Below, one piece after another: positions 11,390 through 23,856 of a stretch of DNA of 64,000 nt. Each line of letters begins with the position of its first letter. Within the stretch, counting starts at the first letter, position 1. The notes beneath the pieces were generated by a model. The model had not been told where the DNA came from. It searched no databases and worked only from the letters and a program-made list of their open reading frames with translations. Position numbers and translations under genes: made by a program. This stretch comes from Haliotis cracherodii (lineage: Eukaryota), in the NCBI RefSeq assembly GCF_022045235.1, contig NW_027266264.1:11966001-12030000 (forward strand). Direction: 5' to 3'.

Positions 11390-13100
11390 AATGCCATTTA
11401 AAAAGTGGTCAAATGTAACAAATGTTATATTTGGGATAACTCTTTCTTTGTAAAGAACAGATCTGAGGGCATCTCTGAGACTGTGACTTCGATTGAACCT
11501 TCCACACTCACTCCTACTACAGTTTTGTCTACCTCGGCCGCTTGTCGCTCCACGTCTACTTCTCAACATTCCAGATCCCCTGTTCGACCTTCTAAACATT
11601 TTTATCCTGGGGATCGGTCATCACTGGATCTCCCCTCTTTCTCTCAATCAAAACTTGCACAGGTCCTGTTATTGGGATTTCTCTCATGTGGATCGTCGAT
11701 CCTCCGATAAGGATCAGTTTGTGAAAACTACGTTTTCTGGGGATAAGCTTTCCTCCACAGGTCGATCGCAGAACCCGAATCAATGATGTTATAAGATGCG
11801 ACAAACGCAAGATCGGGACCGGCAGTCTGGGGCTTGGCAATTTCATTTTATATTCATTCGGTTGTCCGCCGAGCCTGTTCCTTTGCTGGCCTACATGCTC
11901 AGGTGACTTTCAACCCTGTCGCCTCTACTTTAAGTAATTGTACTCTGGAAATCCAACATCCGAATTTGGGCCGTTGGTTCTCACACAAGTCTCCAAGACT
12001 CATCTGTGGTGGAACGTGTACCTGATCCAGTTTCCTTGTATTACGTCTCTCTCTATAATAACCCTTGGCATGATTGTTTGAGTTTTGTGGATATTGTCGA
12101 TCATTCCTCTTATCGTCTGAACCCATCGATTCAATCACTGAGACAGTGACATTATTGAGGGTTCGATGAAGTGTAAAAGAGATGCCAAGTTGGTTGGTCC
12201 TATCGTCCATAGGAGATAGTGATACACCTGTATTGTAGATTCCTACATTGTTTTCTTTTGCTTCACAATAACGCTCACTCACTTTGGTTGGTTGGTTTGT
12301 AGTTAAACGCCGCACTCAGCAATATTCCAGCTATATGGCGGCGGTCTGCAAATAATCGAGTCTGGACCAGACAATCCAGTGATTAATATCATGAGCATAG
12401 AGCCACGCAATTGGGATCGATGACATGCATCAACCAAGTCAGCGAGCCCGAACACCCGATCCCGTTAGTCACCTTTTACGAGAAGCATAGTCACCGTTTA
12501 CAGCAAGCATGGGTTGCTGAAGACCTTTTCTACCCCGGAAGCTCACTCACGTATGAACATGTAACACATATTGTACCCGACTTCACGTGTGTTCCTCTGT
12601 TCACGTGTCAGGGTCACAACTGTCTTTGGGAGTGTTTCATTCCTATCAACGAGCTGTGTCTAATGACACTAGACAGTGCTACTTAATATGGTTCTGTATC
12701 ACTGATTAGCTCCAGCTTCCTCGTGTATATCCTACAGTTGTTGTCTTTATGGACCTTCCAATGATGGGATAAAATGCACAGTGTGAGATAATTTGTATGT
12801 ATATGTTATACTTATCCTATATCTCACACGCTATATGCCCCACCTTCCGTCCCCGCACCACATTTCCTCTAGCCAATTTAAGGTCCAGAAAGAGAATGAG
12901 TTGGCTGGGCAAACGACATGTTGAGCACATGTTGGTCAACCAGCAAGAAAAGCTTGCATGACCCAGATTGCTAGGAGGTGACCATGGTGACGCTTGGAGT
13001 GTTTGGGGGAATTTTTTTTTAAGAAGCTTGAAATCTGTTTTTAGGCACAGTTCCACTTAGGTTTGAAAGAAGAGAAATGCATAGTGTGAGATAGGATCCC
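11390..13100 (+). mobile_element. Decayed DIRS-like remnant in MRTO4 intron 2
   Basis: Peptide ISFYIHSVVRRACSFAGL...FNPVASTLSNCTLE resembles a DIRS YR C-terminus; GTGTGAGATA / TATCTCACAC motifs in alternating orientation at ~12781, ~12820 and ~13084 resemble DIRS terminal/ICR repeats; interrupted by a SINE. Confidence 0.45.
12283..12540 (-). mobile_element. SINE-like family B
   Basis: Same core; 10-bp TSD GCTCACTCAC (12273-12282, 12541-12550). Confidence 0.9.
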
Positions 13101-13213
13101 TATTATAAATATATAATTTATTGCAAAAGTTACAATTCTAATGTGCCCCATGGCGGGGGATACTGATAAGATAATTTTCACCTTTTTTGAAATTTTGTAC
13201 TCTTATTTTCCAG

Positions 13214-13317
13214 ATTCGGGATACTGTTGACCGATATGCTAGAATATTCACATTCTCCGTACAGAATATGCGGAACATTCAGTTGAAAGATGTGCGACAG
13301 GAATGGAAACATAGTCG
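13214..13317 (+). CDS. MRTO4: MRTO4 exon 3
   Basis: ttccag|; IRDTVDRYARIFTFSVQNMRNIQLKDVRQEWKHS(R); donor gtaggt; 104 nt; not in the ORF track. Confidence 0.94.
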
Positions 13318-14734
13318 GTAGGTATTTAAATCTTTTACCCGTGGGGTAAGAAATAACCGAGTTCATAAAAATCTATGTGCACCAGGGCAAACATCACTTC
13401 ACTCATTGTTTACATCACTCTGATGGCATTGTTGACTTCATTTGAATCGTATTGTGATGTAAGGTTGGAATGACGTCACACAAGTAACGATGTCATTAGC
13501 TGAAAATTGTTGACATCAACAGTTGTGGTTATCAATGACAGTGGTTGTGATCAGGGCTTTTTCTAAAGGGGAGCTCAAAAGGATAAGACATAATGGGCAG
13601 TGTTCTGCCTGTAGATGTGAACTAGTGGGGAACGGGACCCTTTCAGCCTTAATATATGGGCTCATTTTCATAACGTATGGGGCCACATTCTGAGAGAACA
13701 TATAAGACTTAAGACCCCATGGTAACAGGTTATTGATGCAGAATCGCCATCAAATTGTTACGTTTGCGATACACAAATTTTTTGGATGACGTCTTTCTCA
13801 GATATTACGTATTGCAACAACAACGTCCAATGTCATATGTAATTAGCCTAATTAGTTTGTTTGTGGTCACTGTCTTTCAAGGTACTCATTACAAAATTAG
13901 AATGTAGCTTTGTTATTGAATTAGATTTAACATGATTCATATGACACATGACATTCTGTGTATCGCTAACAGAACTTGTGATCCGCGATTCTGCGATACC
14001 GGGGTCATTTAAAGCAGAAACATCTTTGGCATTATCAGAACTATATTTGCAGAAACGTGTAAACTGATTGGATTGAAATACTAATTTGAGCCAATAAAAG
14101 GCTCTGATAGTAAATTGAGACACACATGGCAACGAAAAGCCTGACATTTACATTCAATAATAGAAGCAGCTGTGATGTTTTGTTACAGTTAGTGACTCCC
14201 ATAATTATATAAATAAACCCATCTACATAAATGCGCCCCTTGTCCCACTGAGAGTATAATATCATGCGCCAATCGATAAAATATTGTGAGAATTCCATGA
14301 GACCGCTGTCTCGGCAGAACACTGAATGGGTAATATAGAAATTATTACACTCTCATATGCTGATTTAATCAAACTTGTTTAAGATTTCTTATATTACCCT
14401 CGCTCTCGCTAGGTAAATACGAGAAATCTGACTCTTGTTTCATAAAATGAGTATAACACACATCCTCGTATTATTATCTCTATATGCCAATTTCCAGAGC
14501 ACTGCACTAGTGTTTTCATTTAAGCCATTTTTAAGACAAGACATTTCGTGTTGCCATGCTGAAAGCCATGTCCTATTATTTGGGACAGAATGTTTTTTTC
14601 ATTGACAAAGTTAAGTATTCATATACAGTTAAAAGGGATCTCTAGATTTTGTCAGTCAGTTTTTTGACTGGTCCAGTCTCATTGATGAAGCTGGAATATT
14701 GCTGAGTGCAACATTAAGCTACTTTCTGGCCTTG

Positions 14735-17385
14735 TCATGCCACTGCTTGAACTTTGTCATAGCACTGTTCTAACCTTGTCCTGTCCTCATGACACTGTTC
14801 TAACCATGTCCTGTCTTCATGACATTGTCTTCATGTCACTGTCCTAACCTTGTCCTGTCTTCATGGCACTGTCCTTACCATGTCCTGTCTTCATGACACT
14901 GTCCTTACCATGTCCTGTCTTCATGTCACTGTCCTTACCATGTCCTGTCTTCATGACACTGTCCTTACCTTGTCCTATCCTCATGACACTGTCCTTACAA
15001 TGTCTATCTTCATGACACTGTCCATACCTTGTCCTATCCTCATGACACTGTCCTTACCATGTCTATCTTCATGACACTGTCCATACCTTGTCCTGTCATC
15101 ATGGTACTGTCCTTACCTTGTCCTATCCTCATGACACTGTCCTTACAATGTCTATCTTCATGACACTGTCCATACCTTGTCCTATGCTCATGACACTGTC
15201 CTTACCATGTCTATTTTCATGACACTGTCCATACCTTGTCCTGTCATCATGGTACTGTCCTTACCTTGTCCTATCATCATGACACTGTTCTAACCTCGTC
15301 CTGTCTTCATTGCACTGTTCTAACCTTGTCCTGTCGTCATGACACTGTTCTAACCTTGTCCTGTCATCATGGCACTGTTTTAACCTTGTCCTGTCTTCAT
15401 GGCACTGTCCTTACCATGTCCTGTCCTCATGACACTGTCCTTACCATGTCCTGTCTTCATGACACTGTCCTTACCATGTCCTGTATTCATGTCACTGTCC
15501 TTACCATGTCCTGTCTTCATGACACTGTCCTTACCTTGTCCTATCCTCATGACACTGTCCGTACAATGTCTATCTTCATGACACTGTCCATACCTTGTCC
15601 TATCCTCATGACACTGTCCTTACCATGTCTATCTTCATGACACTGTCCATACCTTGTCCTGTCATCATGGTACTGTCCTTACCTTGTCCTATCATCATGG
15701 CACTGTTCTAACCTTGTCCTGTCGTCATGACACTGTTCTAACCTTGTCCTGTCATCATGGCACTGTTTTAACCTTGTCCTGTCTTCATGGCACTGTCCTT
15801 ACCATGTCCTGTCCTCATGACACTGTCCTTACCATGTCCTGTCCTCATGTCACTGTCCTAACCTTGTCCTGTCTTCATGAAACTGTCCTTACCTTGTCCT
15901 GTCGACATGACACTGTCCTTACCTTGTCCTGTCGTCATGACACTGTTCTAACCTTGTCCTATCATCATGGCACTGTTTTAACCTTGTTCTGTCTTCATGA
16001 CACTGTCCTTACCATGTCCTGTCTTCATGACACTGTCCTTACCATGTCCTGTCTTCATGGCACTGTCCTTACCATGTCCTGTCTTCATGGCACTGTCCTC
16101 ACCTTGTCCTGTCTTCATGACACTGTCCTTACCATGTCCTGTCTTCATGGCACTGTCCTTACCATGTCCTGTCATCATGACACTGTCCTTACCATGTCCT
16201 GTCTTCATGACACTGTCCTTACCTTGTCCTGTCTTCATGACACTGTCCTTACCATGTCCTGTCCTCATGACACTGTCCTTACCATGTCCTATCATCATGG
16301 CACTGTCCTAACCTTGTCCTGTCATCATGACACTGTCCTTACCATGTCCTGTCTTCATGACACTGTCCTAACCTTGTCCTGTCTTCATGACACTGTCCTT
16401 ACCATGTCCTGTCTTCATGGCACTGTCCTTACCATGTCCTGTCATGGCACTGTCCTTACCTTGTCCTGTCATCATGGCACTGTTTTAACCTTGTCCTGTC
16501 ATCATGACAATGTCCTTACCATGTCCTGTCTTCATGACACTGTCCTTACCATGTCCTGTCTTCATGGCACTGTCCTTACCATGTCCTGTCATCATGACAC
16601 TGTCCTTACCATGTCCTGTCTTCATGGCACTGTCCTTACCTTGTCCTATCATCATGACACTGTCCTTACCATGTCCTGTCTTCATGACACTGTCCTTACC
16701 ATGTCCTGTCATCATGACACTGTCCTTACCATGTCCTGTCATCATGACACTGTCCTTACCATGTCCTGTCTTCATGGCACTGTCCTTACCTTGTCCTATC
16801 ATCATGACACTGTCCTTACCATGTCCTGTCTTCATGACACTGTCCTTACCATGTCCTGTCTTCATGACACTGTCCTTACCATGTCGTGTCTTCATGGCAC
16901 TGTCCTTACCATGTCCTGTCATCATGACACTGTCCTTACCTTGTCCTATCATCATGACACTGTCCTTACCATGTCCTGTCATCATGACACTGTCCTTACC
17001 ATCTCCTGTCTTCATGACACTGTCCTTACCATGTCCTGTCTTCATGACACTGTCCTTACCATGTCCTGTCTTCATGACACTGTCCTTACCATGTCCTGTC
17101 TTCATGACACTGTCCTTACCATGTCCTGTCCTCATGTCACTGTCCTTACCATGTCCTGTCTTCATGACACTGTCCTTACCATGTCCTGTCTTCATGTCAC
17201 TGTCCTTACCATGTCCTGTCTTCATGACACTGTCCTTACCATGTCCTGTCCTCATGTCACTGTCCTAACCCTGTGCTGTCGTCATGACGCTGTTCTAACC
17301 TTGTCCTAACCTTTTGCTGTTGTCATATCACTGTTCTTACTACTGTTTGCACCTTGTCCTCACCTTGTCATGGCACTGTTCTGAC
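14735..17385. repeat. 30-bp minisatellite (~85-90 units), consensus CATGACACTGTCCTTACCATGTCCTGTCTT, in MRTO4 intron 3
   Basis: Directly visible; occasional 29- and 27-bp units; degenerate at both edges. Confidence 0.98.
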
Positions 17386-17442
17386 AAAGCTCTGATAAAG
17401 TCAACTCCTGTTCTTTGAGGATGCTTCACTTCTGTTATACAG

Positions 17443-17592
17443 GTTTTTCTTTGGCAAGAACAAAGTCATGGCCCTGGCAGTTGGTCAGACCTGTGAGAAC
17501 GAGTATCGGGACAACCTACACAAGCTCAGTCTGCAGCTCCGAGGGCAAACTGGACTCATGTTCACCAACAAGACAAAGAAACAGGTTTTGAA
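17443..17592 (+). CDS. MRTO4: MRTO4 exon 4
   Basis: tacag|G; FFFGKNKVMALAVGQTCENEYRDNLHKLSLQLRGQTGLMFTNKTKKQVL(K); donor gtgcgg; 150 nt. Confidence 0.92.
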
Positions 17593-18046
17593 GTGCGGAA
17601 AATGTCAATTACTTTCAGCCAAACTGATTAAAGTTCTTTTATTTCTTATGTGCCATGGGACACTCACAAAGTTGTTGAAGTGTGCCCTGTGGAATTGAAG
17701 CGCACCACCAATAGGAATACCTTCAACGCATCTTCAGACTTGGGGAATGTCATTTCACCACAGTTAGATAATAAGCAGTTGCAATTGGAGACCTTCCTTT
17801 TCATTTGGACTGATAAATATGCTGAACCTCCAGGTTATTTTACGAATCATGAAGCCTGTAGATATGTTCCCTATACAGCTTTGTCCAGTTTAGTTTTGCG
17901 AAAGAACTTTTATCAATATACGCAATCACAAGTTTTTCTCTTCAGGCACCAAGAAAGCCATTATGATATTAACTGTGCCTTTGGATTCCAAACTGTGTAT
18001 GGCTTCAGCTAGTCACTTCTGTCCATTAAAAGTCTGTGTATGACAG

Positions 18047-18392
18047 AGCCATCTCCGTGGTCTAGTGGTAGAGCGTCCGCCCGGAGAGCGGAAGGCCCGG
18101 GGTTTGATCCCCGACCGCGTCATGCCAAAAGACGTTAAAAGATGGTACTTGTTGTTACCCTGTCTGGCGCTCGGCATTAAGGGGCTAAAACAAGGACTGG
18201 TCGGCTGGGAGTCAGTATACTGTGTCTGAGTGGGGTGTTCATGTTAAACTGCGGCATGGTATCTCAGTGAGCTAGCACTATAAATCGGCATCAGTCCAGA
18301 CTAGTACAAGCAGCCACACACGTGCATGCACGTCGCTATATAAGTGCAATAATCGTGGACGCGACGTAAAACCCCATTTCACCTCACCTCAC
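18047..18392 (+). mobile_element. tRNA-derived SINE family D (Meta/MESC-domain-like), full length
   Basis: A box TGGTCTAGTGG, B box GGTTTGATCCC, central CCAAAAGACGTTAAAAGATGGTACTTG...GGCGCTCGGCATTAAGGG block, (CACCT)n tail, 13-bp TSD CTGTGTATGACAG (18034-18046, 18393-18405). Confidence 0.9.
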
Positions 18393-18778
18393 CTGTGTAT
18401 GACAGTGTCAGTAGTTTTGTCACATGTCTGGTTAGACAGACCGTACCTTGGATCTGTTTCAGACAGTTTTCTGGACCCTAGCTTACATTCTTGTTTTGGC
18501 CTTAATCTTTGTCTATACACGAACATAACGTTTACACTTTATATGAATCGAGATATCAACACCGTGTGATACTTTTGAGTCTGTCCTGTTGCCACGTGTT
18601 ATGTGTCTAGATTTGCTAGACACATACCCATGCTTTTCGGTTTCACAGTAAGTGTTGTGCATTGCTTTACTGTCTGTTTACATCGGCAGGGACATAGTTG
18701 CCCATGAGAGTATCGGTAGATCATGCTTGCTTTAGTTTCATCAGAATGCTTGTCATCTATGGTGTTTGTTATGTACAG

Positions 18779-18930
18779 GTACTTTGACAATCTGCGGGTA
18801 CCGGACTACGCCCGGTCGGGGACGGCGGCCACACAGACGGTGGAGATAGAGGAGGGGCCCATCCCACAGTTCGCCCACTCCATGGAGCCACAGCTTCGTC
18901 AGCTCGGGCTGCCTACATGTCTCAAGCGAG
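18779..18930 (+). CDS. MRTO4: MRTO4 exon 5
   Basis: [14 protein letters not shown]...[25 protein letters not shown](G); AG/GT boundaries; 152 nt. Confidence 0.95.
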
Positions 18931-19031
18931 GTAGGGGACAAGGCCTGAGTGTTGTAGCTAGGGCAGTAGCTTGTTAACATGTTGGTTTATGGATCATGCT
19001 GTCACAGTTGTGTTTCTTTTGCAATTTGTGG

Positions 19032-19183
19032 AGTGAGTGAGCATAGTTTAACGCCTGTTATTCCAGTAATATCATGGCGTGGAACACCAAAAATGGGCTT
19101 TACACATTGTACCCATGTTGGGAATGGAACCCATGTTTTCGGCATGATGGCCGCTTTATCTACTAGGCTACCCCACTGCCCCT
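19032..19183 (-). mobile_element. SINE family A copy
   Basis: Reverse homology to 9541-9695, including A/B boxes and tail. Confidence 0.85.
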
Positions 19184-19951
19184 GCATATTGACTATATAG
19201 ATAGTTATTTTTACATCAATTTCGTTGATTTGAAATATCAGTAGTCATGCATGTCATCAAGTGAAAGGGACATTACCTGATTCTGATTTTTTATTCTTTG
19301 TTTTTGAGATCAAGGATTGTGGTGTTGGTAGGTTAAAAAAAGATCCCTTGGCACCTTGGCTGGAGTAAACAAACTATCAAGGATTCGTCATCCGAAATGT
19401 TTGAATTGATGTAATCATAATCATGACAGAGTTACTGCCCTTGTTACTTTCCTCGAACCCACAGCATATCATGTTGACTGGGGAAAAGCACATTTTTCCC
19501 CAAACAAATTAAGATACTGCAAATTAATTATGTGGAGGAACCACTAATGTTAGTAGAACTGTAATAGTTGTCACATTAGGGTGTGTAAGTAGTTGTCCTG
19601 TGTGTATTGTATGTAGCAGGTTTTGACAGGGTATGAGGAGCTGATGCTTATTACAGATAGTCCCCCAGGAGTTACCTCCCTTTACCTTGTGAGGTCTTCC
19701 CACAAACTGGTTGATTTTCTATCACAGCTGCAGTTCATTAAGAGTAAAGATACAGAGTATTTGTATATGACTGTTGAAGTGTTAAATTATTCTTTATGTT
19801 AGATAGATAGAGTAGTCTCAAATGTTTTGTGGCTTCATGGGATTTCAAGAGAAGTGGGGACTCGAGGTCAAAATAGGTTGTCTGTGACTCTTTTGTTGAA
19901 ATGGTCTGCAACAATATTACTGGACATTTGTTGAACTGAATGTTTTTCCAG

Positions 19952-20028
19952 GGGTGATTACGTTGCTACGCAACCACACTATCTGTGAGGACGGGGACGT
20001 GTTGACACCAGAACAAGCCCGGCTTTTG
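19952..20028 (+). CDS. MRTO4: MRTO4 exon 6
   Basis: ttccag|; VITLLRNHTICEDGDVLTPEQARLL; donor gtgagt; 77 nt. Confidence 0.94.
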
Positions 20029-20589
20029 GTGAGTAGTAGTGGTGATAATTAATCATGAACAAGAATTGACATGTCTTGCACTATGAGCTTGCTGTCTCAG
20101 TGTGCTTCATTACAATAAAAGGATAAAACTGTCCCAATATATACAACTCTAAAAAAGTAAAAGAACACCTGATTCCTTCATATGACCATAGTGAATCTGC
20201 CATGCCATTGTGTATCACCGCATCAATGTTAATCTTCAATATATACTACTCAAAAACAACTCTGCTCTGCAACCATGACAACACCAACACTGCTACTTAG
20301 GAACTGTATGTTAAAGTAAGAACCGGATGTATTCCTACACTGACTGTAGGAACAGTGTCAACAGTCGTTCAGAAACTCACCACCTAATTGGGCAGTAAAA
20401 AGATAAATATTGAGTTGTTATGTTTGTATGGATAGATTGGACTTAAATGTGTATTAAATGTATTGTTAGAACTGCATTTAAATCTACCAGAGTTCAACTG
20501 TAAGGTTGTGATCAAACCCTACACGCTACTTGATGGTGTAGTGATTGATGGACTGCATCCAATTTGGCAGTGTTCTTACTCTGTTTCAG

Positions 20590-20716
20590 AAACTGTTTGG
20601 CCACCAGATGGCGCAGTTCCACATCACAATAGAGGGGATGTGGAGTAATGATGGCAAGTGGGAAGTGTTCAATGCCAGGCCGGATCCAATTGTACCCACA
20701 AAAGTCACAGTCAAAC
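20590..20716 (+). CDS. MRTO4: MRTO4 exon 7
   Basis: ttcag|; KLFGHQMAQFHITIEGMWSNDGKWEVFNARPDPIVPTKVTVK; donor C|gtacgg, phase 1 matching exon 8. Confidence 0.88.
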
Positions 20717-20914
20717 GTACGGAGTTCCTCTCACTTGACATGATATTATGTGACTTGGTAGCTGCAGATGAAATGAAAATACTTTTCTTACAACAGATAG
20801 TCAGAAGAAAAGTTATGTTGAAAGTTAGTTAATGTCTGTGCCCTGTATTACTTTAGGCTATCAATCCACATTTAAGCTGGCACTGAAATATTGTTCAAAG
20901 CAGGGTTAAACCCA

Positions 20915-20949
20915 ACTCACTCACTCACTCACTCACTCACTCACTCACT
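20915..20949 (+). repeat. (ACTC)n microsatellite grown from a SINE tail
   Basis: Preceded by a SINE-type 3' fragment CTGAAATATTGTTCAAAGCAGGGTTAAACCC. Confidence 0.85.
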
Positions 20950-21067
20950 TAATGAAGTATGTTCTTCACTCAGAATATGAATAAATTTATGTAAATAAAA
21001 TGTGGTTTTTATCATGAAATTTGGGTAAATTTGTGCTGCATCTAATAACATTTTGAGTTTGTAAGTC

Positions 21068-21398
21068 CAAGCCTCAGTATTCAGCATCACAGTGTTGTCA
21101 TTGGTTACTTTGGGAATGACGCTTGGTTAAACAAGCCTCAGTATTCAGCATCACAGTGTTGTCATTGGTTACTTTGGGAATGACGCTTGGTTAAACAAGC
21201 CTCAGTATTCAGCATCACAGTGTTGTCATTGGTTACTTTGGGAATGACGCTTGGTTAAACAAGCCTCAGTATACAGCATCACAGTGTTGTCATTGGTTAC
21301 TGTGGGAATGATGCTTGGTTAAACAAGCCTCAGTATTCAGCATCACAGTGTTGTCATTGGTTACTGTGGGAATGACGCTTGGTTAAACAAGCCTCAGC
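21068..21398. repeat. 64-bp minisatellite, 5 copies plus a partial, in MRTO4 intron 7
   Basis: AAGCCTCAG recurs at 21069, 21133, 21197, 21261, 21325 and 21389. Confidence 0.96.
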
Positions 21399-21961
21399 TA
21401 ACCAAATTTGAGATGAGCTCCCAGCTCCTTAAGAAATCATACATAATTTGATTGTAGTCATACAAATATCAAGTGTGTCACGTTTGGATGTGATGTTGTC
21501 AGTTCCACCTGGATCTCCTTGTCTTTATGTAAAGTGTAAGTTGTCAGTGTAAGTTTGTAGGTACTAGGTACTAGGTACATCCATCATAAAGCAGTTTTCT
21601 AGCATTTCCGACAGTACTTTAGATACTAGGTACATCATAACCCTCACCAGAACCGCTTATGTTTTGGTCTCTGTGGCCATTGCTTGTTGTCACAAGGATA
21701 ATTATCTTTATAAACCTCCAGTGACGTCATCCTATTGTTCTCCAGTCGGGTTAAATCTCATAAACAGGGACGTTATAATGTCCCTGAGATTTTATATAAC
21801 ATCTCCAGTATTTTATAGGATATTCAAGTCATATTTGCTATATAATGTGTTATAATATCCGATGGATTTTATATAATGTCCTGGGTATTTTATTAATATA
21901 ACTTCCGTTCAGATTGTAACATGTAATGAAATGTAAAATCAAATGACAAATGTTTTCGTTA

Positions 21962-22030
21962 TATTCCCGAGGATCGAACTCACAACTCTCATATCTGTAG
22001 TCCAGTGAGTGTACCACAAGGCTACAGAGG
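21962..22030 (-). pseudogene. tRNA-like relic (SINE head or tRNA pseudogene)
   Basis: Minus strand TAGCCTTGTGG (A box) ... GAGTTCGATCC (B box) at tRNA spacing; acceptor stem not intact. Confidence 0.5.
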
Positions 22031-22171
22031 TGTTGATAAGCCGCACTGCTTTTTAGAATGATTCGTACCCCAGCAACAGATATTTTACACCTGTTTCCTA
22101 AGGTTCATGGAAAATATGTTCGAAACATAAAAATGTTGATAAATGTTGTTTTAAGGTTCAAATTCAGTTTA

Positions 22172-22295
22172 TAAGTAAGATGAAGCACTTCCCCTCGGGT
22201 TGTTATGACATTTAAAACCTTTTCCCTCGGAAAATCCCTCAGGATGCGGGTTTAAATATCATAACAACCCTCGGACGTGTTTTATCCTATATATA
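22172..22295. repeat. Long imperfect palindrome, probably the end of a DNA element spanning ~21700-22295
   Basis: GGGTTGTTATGACATTTAAAACC / GGGTTTAAATATCATAACAACCC. Confidence 0.8.
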
Positions 22296-22943
22296 ATGAC
22301 GAATTACCATGAAAATATATTTGTTGTGGCATATGTTTAGAAGAAATGTGGTTTTCAAGGTCATTTTGACAAAACACCATGTAGGATTAAGATAGTAGGC
22401 AGTAGTGAAGTCGCTCTAAAACATACTTGTGTTGGACCAAAAGTTTATCTGCATGACAGAGGTCAGGGTCAAAGGTACCATAGCAGGAGTTATGTCCCTT
22501 GTCGTCTTGATGTCCACATACAAACTGGACACAGTAATATATTTGTTTAAAATAATTCAATCGGTTTTCATCCTAGAGTGTGGTTTTAATAAATCAACAT
22601 TGTATATTTAGGAGAGTAAATAGGTTGGGTAATGACAGGCCGTCAGATTATATGTAGATGTCATTGATCCGTGTTTACACCCCAGCTGATGGGTTATTTG
22701 TTGGCCAGGAGTCATCTCTTAACAAGAACAGGTACTGACTTTAGACTTACTTAATACTCTTTTATATAGGCTGCCACATAGATGGGAATCTGGTTAAGGC
22801 GTTGGCTCGTCATGCCAAAGGGTTGATTTCTCTTGTGGGTACAATGTGTGAAGCCTTTTTCGCTCTAAGAAGATTTTACAACTGCTTCTTTCAATATATG
22901 TGACAGTGTTATCTCCCTTTGACCAGTCATATTTTTGTTGCAG

Positions 22944-23083
22944 CTCCTGAGAAGTCGGAGGAAGAGCTTGATGTGGAAGAAGATGACGACATTGCTGATG
23001 ACGATGATGATGATGATGATAATAATAACAATGATGATGGACAAGAAGATGACAGTGAAGATGATGATGAGGGAGAGGGTTAA
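22944..23083 (+). CDS. MRTO4: MRTO4 exon 8 (acidic tail, stop codon)
   Basis: ttgcag|CT; PPEKSEEELDVEEDDDIADDDDDDDDNNNNDDGQEDDSEDDDEGEG*; an acidic tail is typical of Mrt4; total CDS 837 nt, in frame. Confidence 0.85.
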
Positions 23084-23456
23084 AGATGATAAAATTCTAG
23101 TTCTAATTCTGGTGTTCATGTGTTGTGTGTAATCTTTGGGAATTGATGTAGAAAGTACAGTGTGATTTTACTGAGCCTTTCTCTGACCAAGAAGGCATTA
23201 CTTATCATCCAAAACTGGCTCCCACAGGAAATATCGCTAGGGTGAGATCAAACAATATCTGTACTGTAGATATCACTGCAATGAAATTGCATCACAATGC
23301 TTTGCAGACCATTGTGACGTCATTGGTTACCATGACGTCACAATGAAATGACATCACTAATGGCTCTGCTACTGAAGTTGTTAGCAGTACTTTTTACACT
23401 TAAGACACTGTTTATCACTTTCTACAAACTGAAAAATTTGGAAGAATGATGTTGGA

Positions 23457-23620
23457 AGATAAATAAAATCTCACCCTCATGTCTTTTGATATCAAATATA
23501 TAAACGTTCGTTGATAAAAGTAGAAAAAAACCTCGGCAAGCCTCTGAGTTCCCCCACTTTTATCAACTTGTGTTGATATATTTGATATCCAAAGACCCTT
23601 GGGTGAAATTCTCTATATCT
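23457..23620. repeat. Long imperfect palindrome downstream of the MRTO4 stop
   Basis: TCACCC..GTCTTTTGATATCAAATATAT..TTGATAAAAGT / ACTTTTATCAA..ATATATTTGATATCCAAAGAC..GGGTGA. Confidence 0.85.
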
Positions 23621-23732
23621 AAAATGTGTCATAGGAACAACAAAGTTGTTTTACACAATAAGATTTAAAGGAAGTCATTGAACATTCATTCCAAAACCAA
23701 GCTTACATTATCAGCTTATCTGAACTCAAAAC

Positions 23733-23856
23733 GGGGGCATTGGGGTAGCCAAGTAGTTAAAGCATTTGCTCGTCTCGTTGGCACAATATGTGAAGACCAG
23801 TTCTGGCGTATATTCCTGGAATATTGCTAAAAACGGCATTAAACCAGACTCACTCA
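23733..23856 (+). mobile_element. SINE family A, internally deleted copy
   Basis: GGGGTAGCCAAGTAGTTAAAGC head, GGAATATTGCTAAAA...ACTCACTC tail. Confidence 0.75.

Noticed and set aside
12515-12525. CTGAAGA resembling a hammerhead core in the antisense of family B
   Set aside because: No stem II followed by GAAA, so the core is incomplete
15654-17309. 551-aa Cys/His-rich repeat ORF (MSCLHDTVLT)n and overlapping ORFs
   Set aside because: By-product of a 30-bp unit that is open in several frames on both strands; intronic; broken by 29-bp units
21068-21398. CRISPR-like regular array
   Set aside because: Whole 64-bp units repeat with no unique spacers; eukaryotic intron; no cas genes
22865-23132. 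Poly-Ile and poly-Met ORFs
   Set aside because: Alternative frames of the (GAT)n acidic tail of MRTO4
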